Source: Negaprion brevirostris (Eukaryota). Taken from it: a stretch of 64,000 nucleotides of DNA. Positions 63,338-64,000 of the stretch are shown in pieces. The DNA lies in the NCBI GenBank assembly GCA_030324005.1, contig JARDVH010000193.1, positions 70,412,453 to 70,476,452 of the forward strand. Direction: 5' to 3'. The position numbers were made by a program, and so were the translations under genes. Numbering within the stretch: position 1 is the stretch's first letter; each line of letters starts with the position of its first letter. The notes beneath the pieces were generated by a model. The model was not told the origin of the DNA. It made no database searches and saw only the letters and a list, made by a program, of their open reading frames with translations.

Positions 63338-63549
63338 TACAAGAGCAGGGAGACTATGCTAGAATGTTACAAAACACTTGTTCGACTGCAGCTACAGTAC
63401 GACATATGGTTCTATTCACTGCATCACAGAAATGGTGTGACCTCACTGGAATGAAGAATCTTACTTCTGAGGGAAGATTGAATACACTGAACATATTTTC
63501 TTTTGGAACCAAGGGATCTGAGGTAAGATTCAGCTGAATGAAATTTTGA

Positions 63550-63842
63550 GGGGAGCCATAGTGGTTAGCACAGCTACCTTACAGTGCCAGGGACCTGGGT
63601 TCAATCAAGAGGAGTTTGCATGTTATCTGCGTGTGTTTCCTGAAGGCACTCCAGTTTCCTCCTACAGTCCAAGGATGTGCAAGGTAGGTGGATTAGCTAT
63701 GGTAAATTGCCTTTTAGTGTCAGGGAGATTAGCAGGGTAAATACATGGGGTTTCGTGGATAGGGACTAGGTGGGTTTGTTGTTGGTACAGGTTTGATGGG
63801 CCAAATGGCATCCTTTTGCATTGTAGGTATTCTATCATTCAA
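63550..63842 (+). mobile_element. HE1-type SINE with a CR1-like tail
   Basis: gtggttagcacagctaccttacagtgccagggacctgggttcaat, then the V-domain, then gggccaaatggcatcc. Confidence 0.85.
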
Positions 63843-63864
63843 TAATTCCTGAGAAAAGGAGAGA

Positions 63865-64000
63865 GAGCTACATAGATTTAAAGTAATTAATAGAAGGATT
63901 GACGAGGAGTTGAGGAGTGCTTTTTCACCCTGTTCAGTGGTGGGGTAATGGAACACACTCTCTGAAGAAACAGTAGAGGCAGAAACACTCATCATATTAA
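63865..64000 (+). mobile_element. CR1 3' fragment running off the window
   Basis: catagatttaaagtaatt...tttttcaccc...gtggtggggtaatggaacacactc...gtagaggcagaaacactc. Confidence 0.7.

Overview
This is eukaryotic, not prokaryotic, DNA: a gapped draft-assembly window from a cartilaginous fish, most likely a shark. That inference rests on dense HE1/V-SINE-type SINEs, Deu-type SINEs, CR1, RTE and Penelope elements, and GC-rich Harbinger-type non-autonomous transposons. Family names come from motif recognition, not a database search. No complete protein-coding gene, rRNA, tRNA or CRISPR array is supported. Nearly all ORFs in the track are chance frames, gap-spanning artefacts or decayed transposon fragments. 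The window is intronic or intergenic: decayed, often nested mobile elements and minisatellites alternate with repeat-free blocks (about 5.9-9.7, 13.5-14.7, 32.1-33.9, 43.3-45.1 and 61.6-63.0 kb). Best observations: (1) a strong 60-nt frame-preserving minus-strand exon candidate at 7806-7865 with a downstream TGCATG; (2) minimal hammerhead-ribozyme remnants in two Penelope repeats that together reconstruct a full core; (3) a fossil two-gene Harbinger element (Myb/SANT plus HARBI1-like transposase) split by several later insertions; (4) a local ~180-bp inverted duplication of a dead LINE segment; (5) a ~65-bp Rex1/Babar RT fragment captured inside a MITE. I found no convincing wholly new biological system. 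Repeat boundaries are approximate, within a few tens of bp, unless a TSD is quoted.
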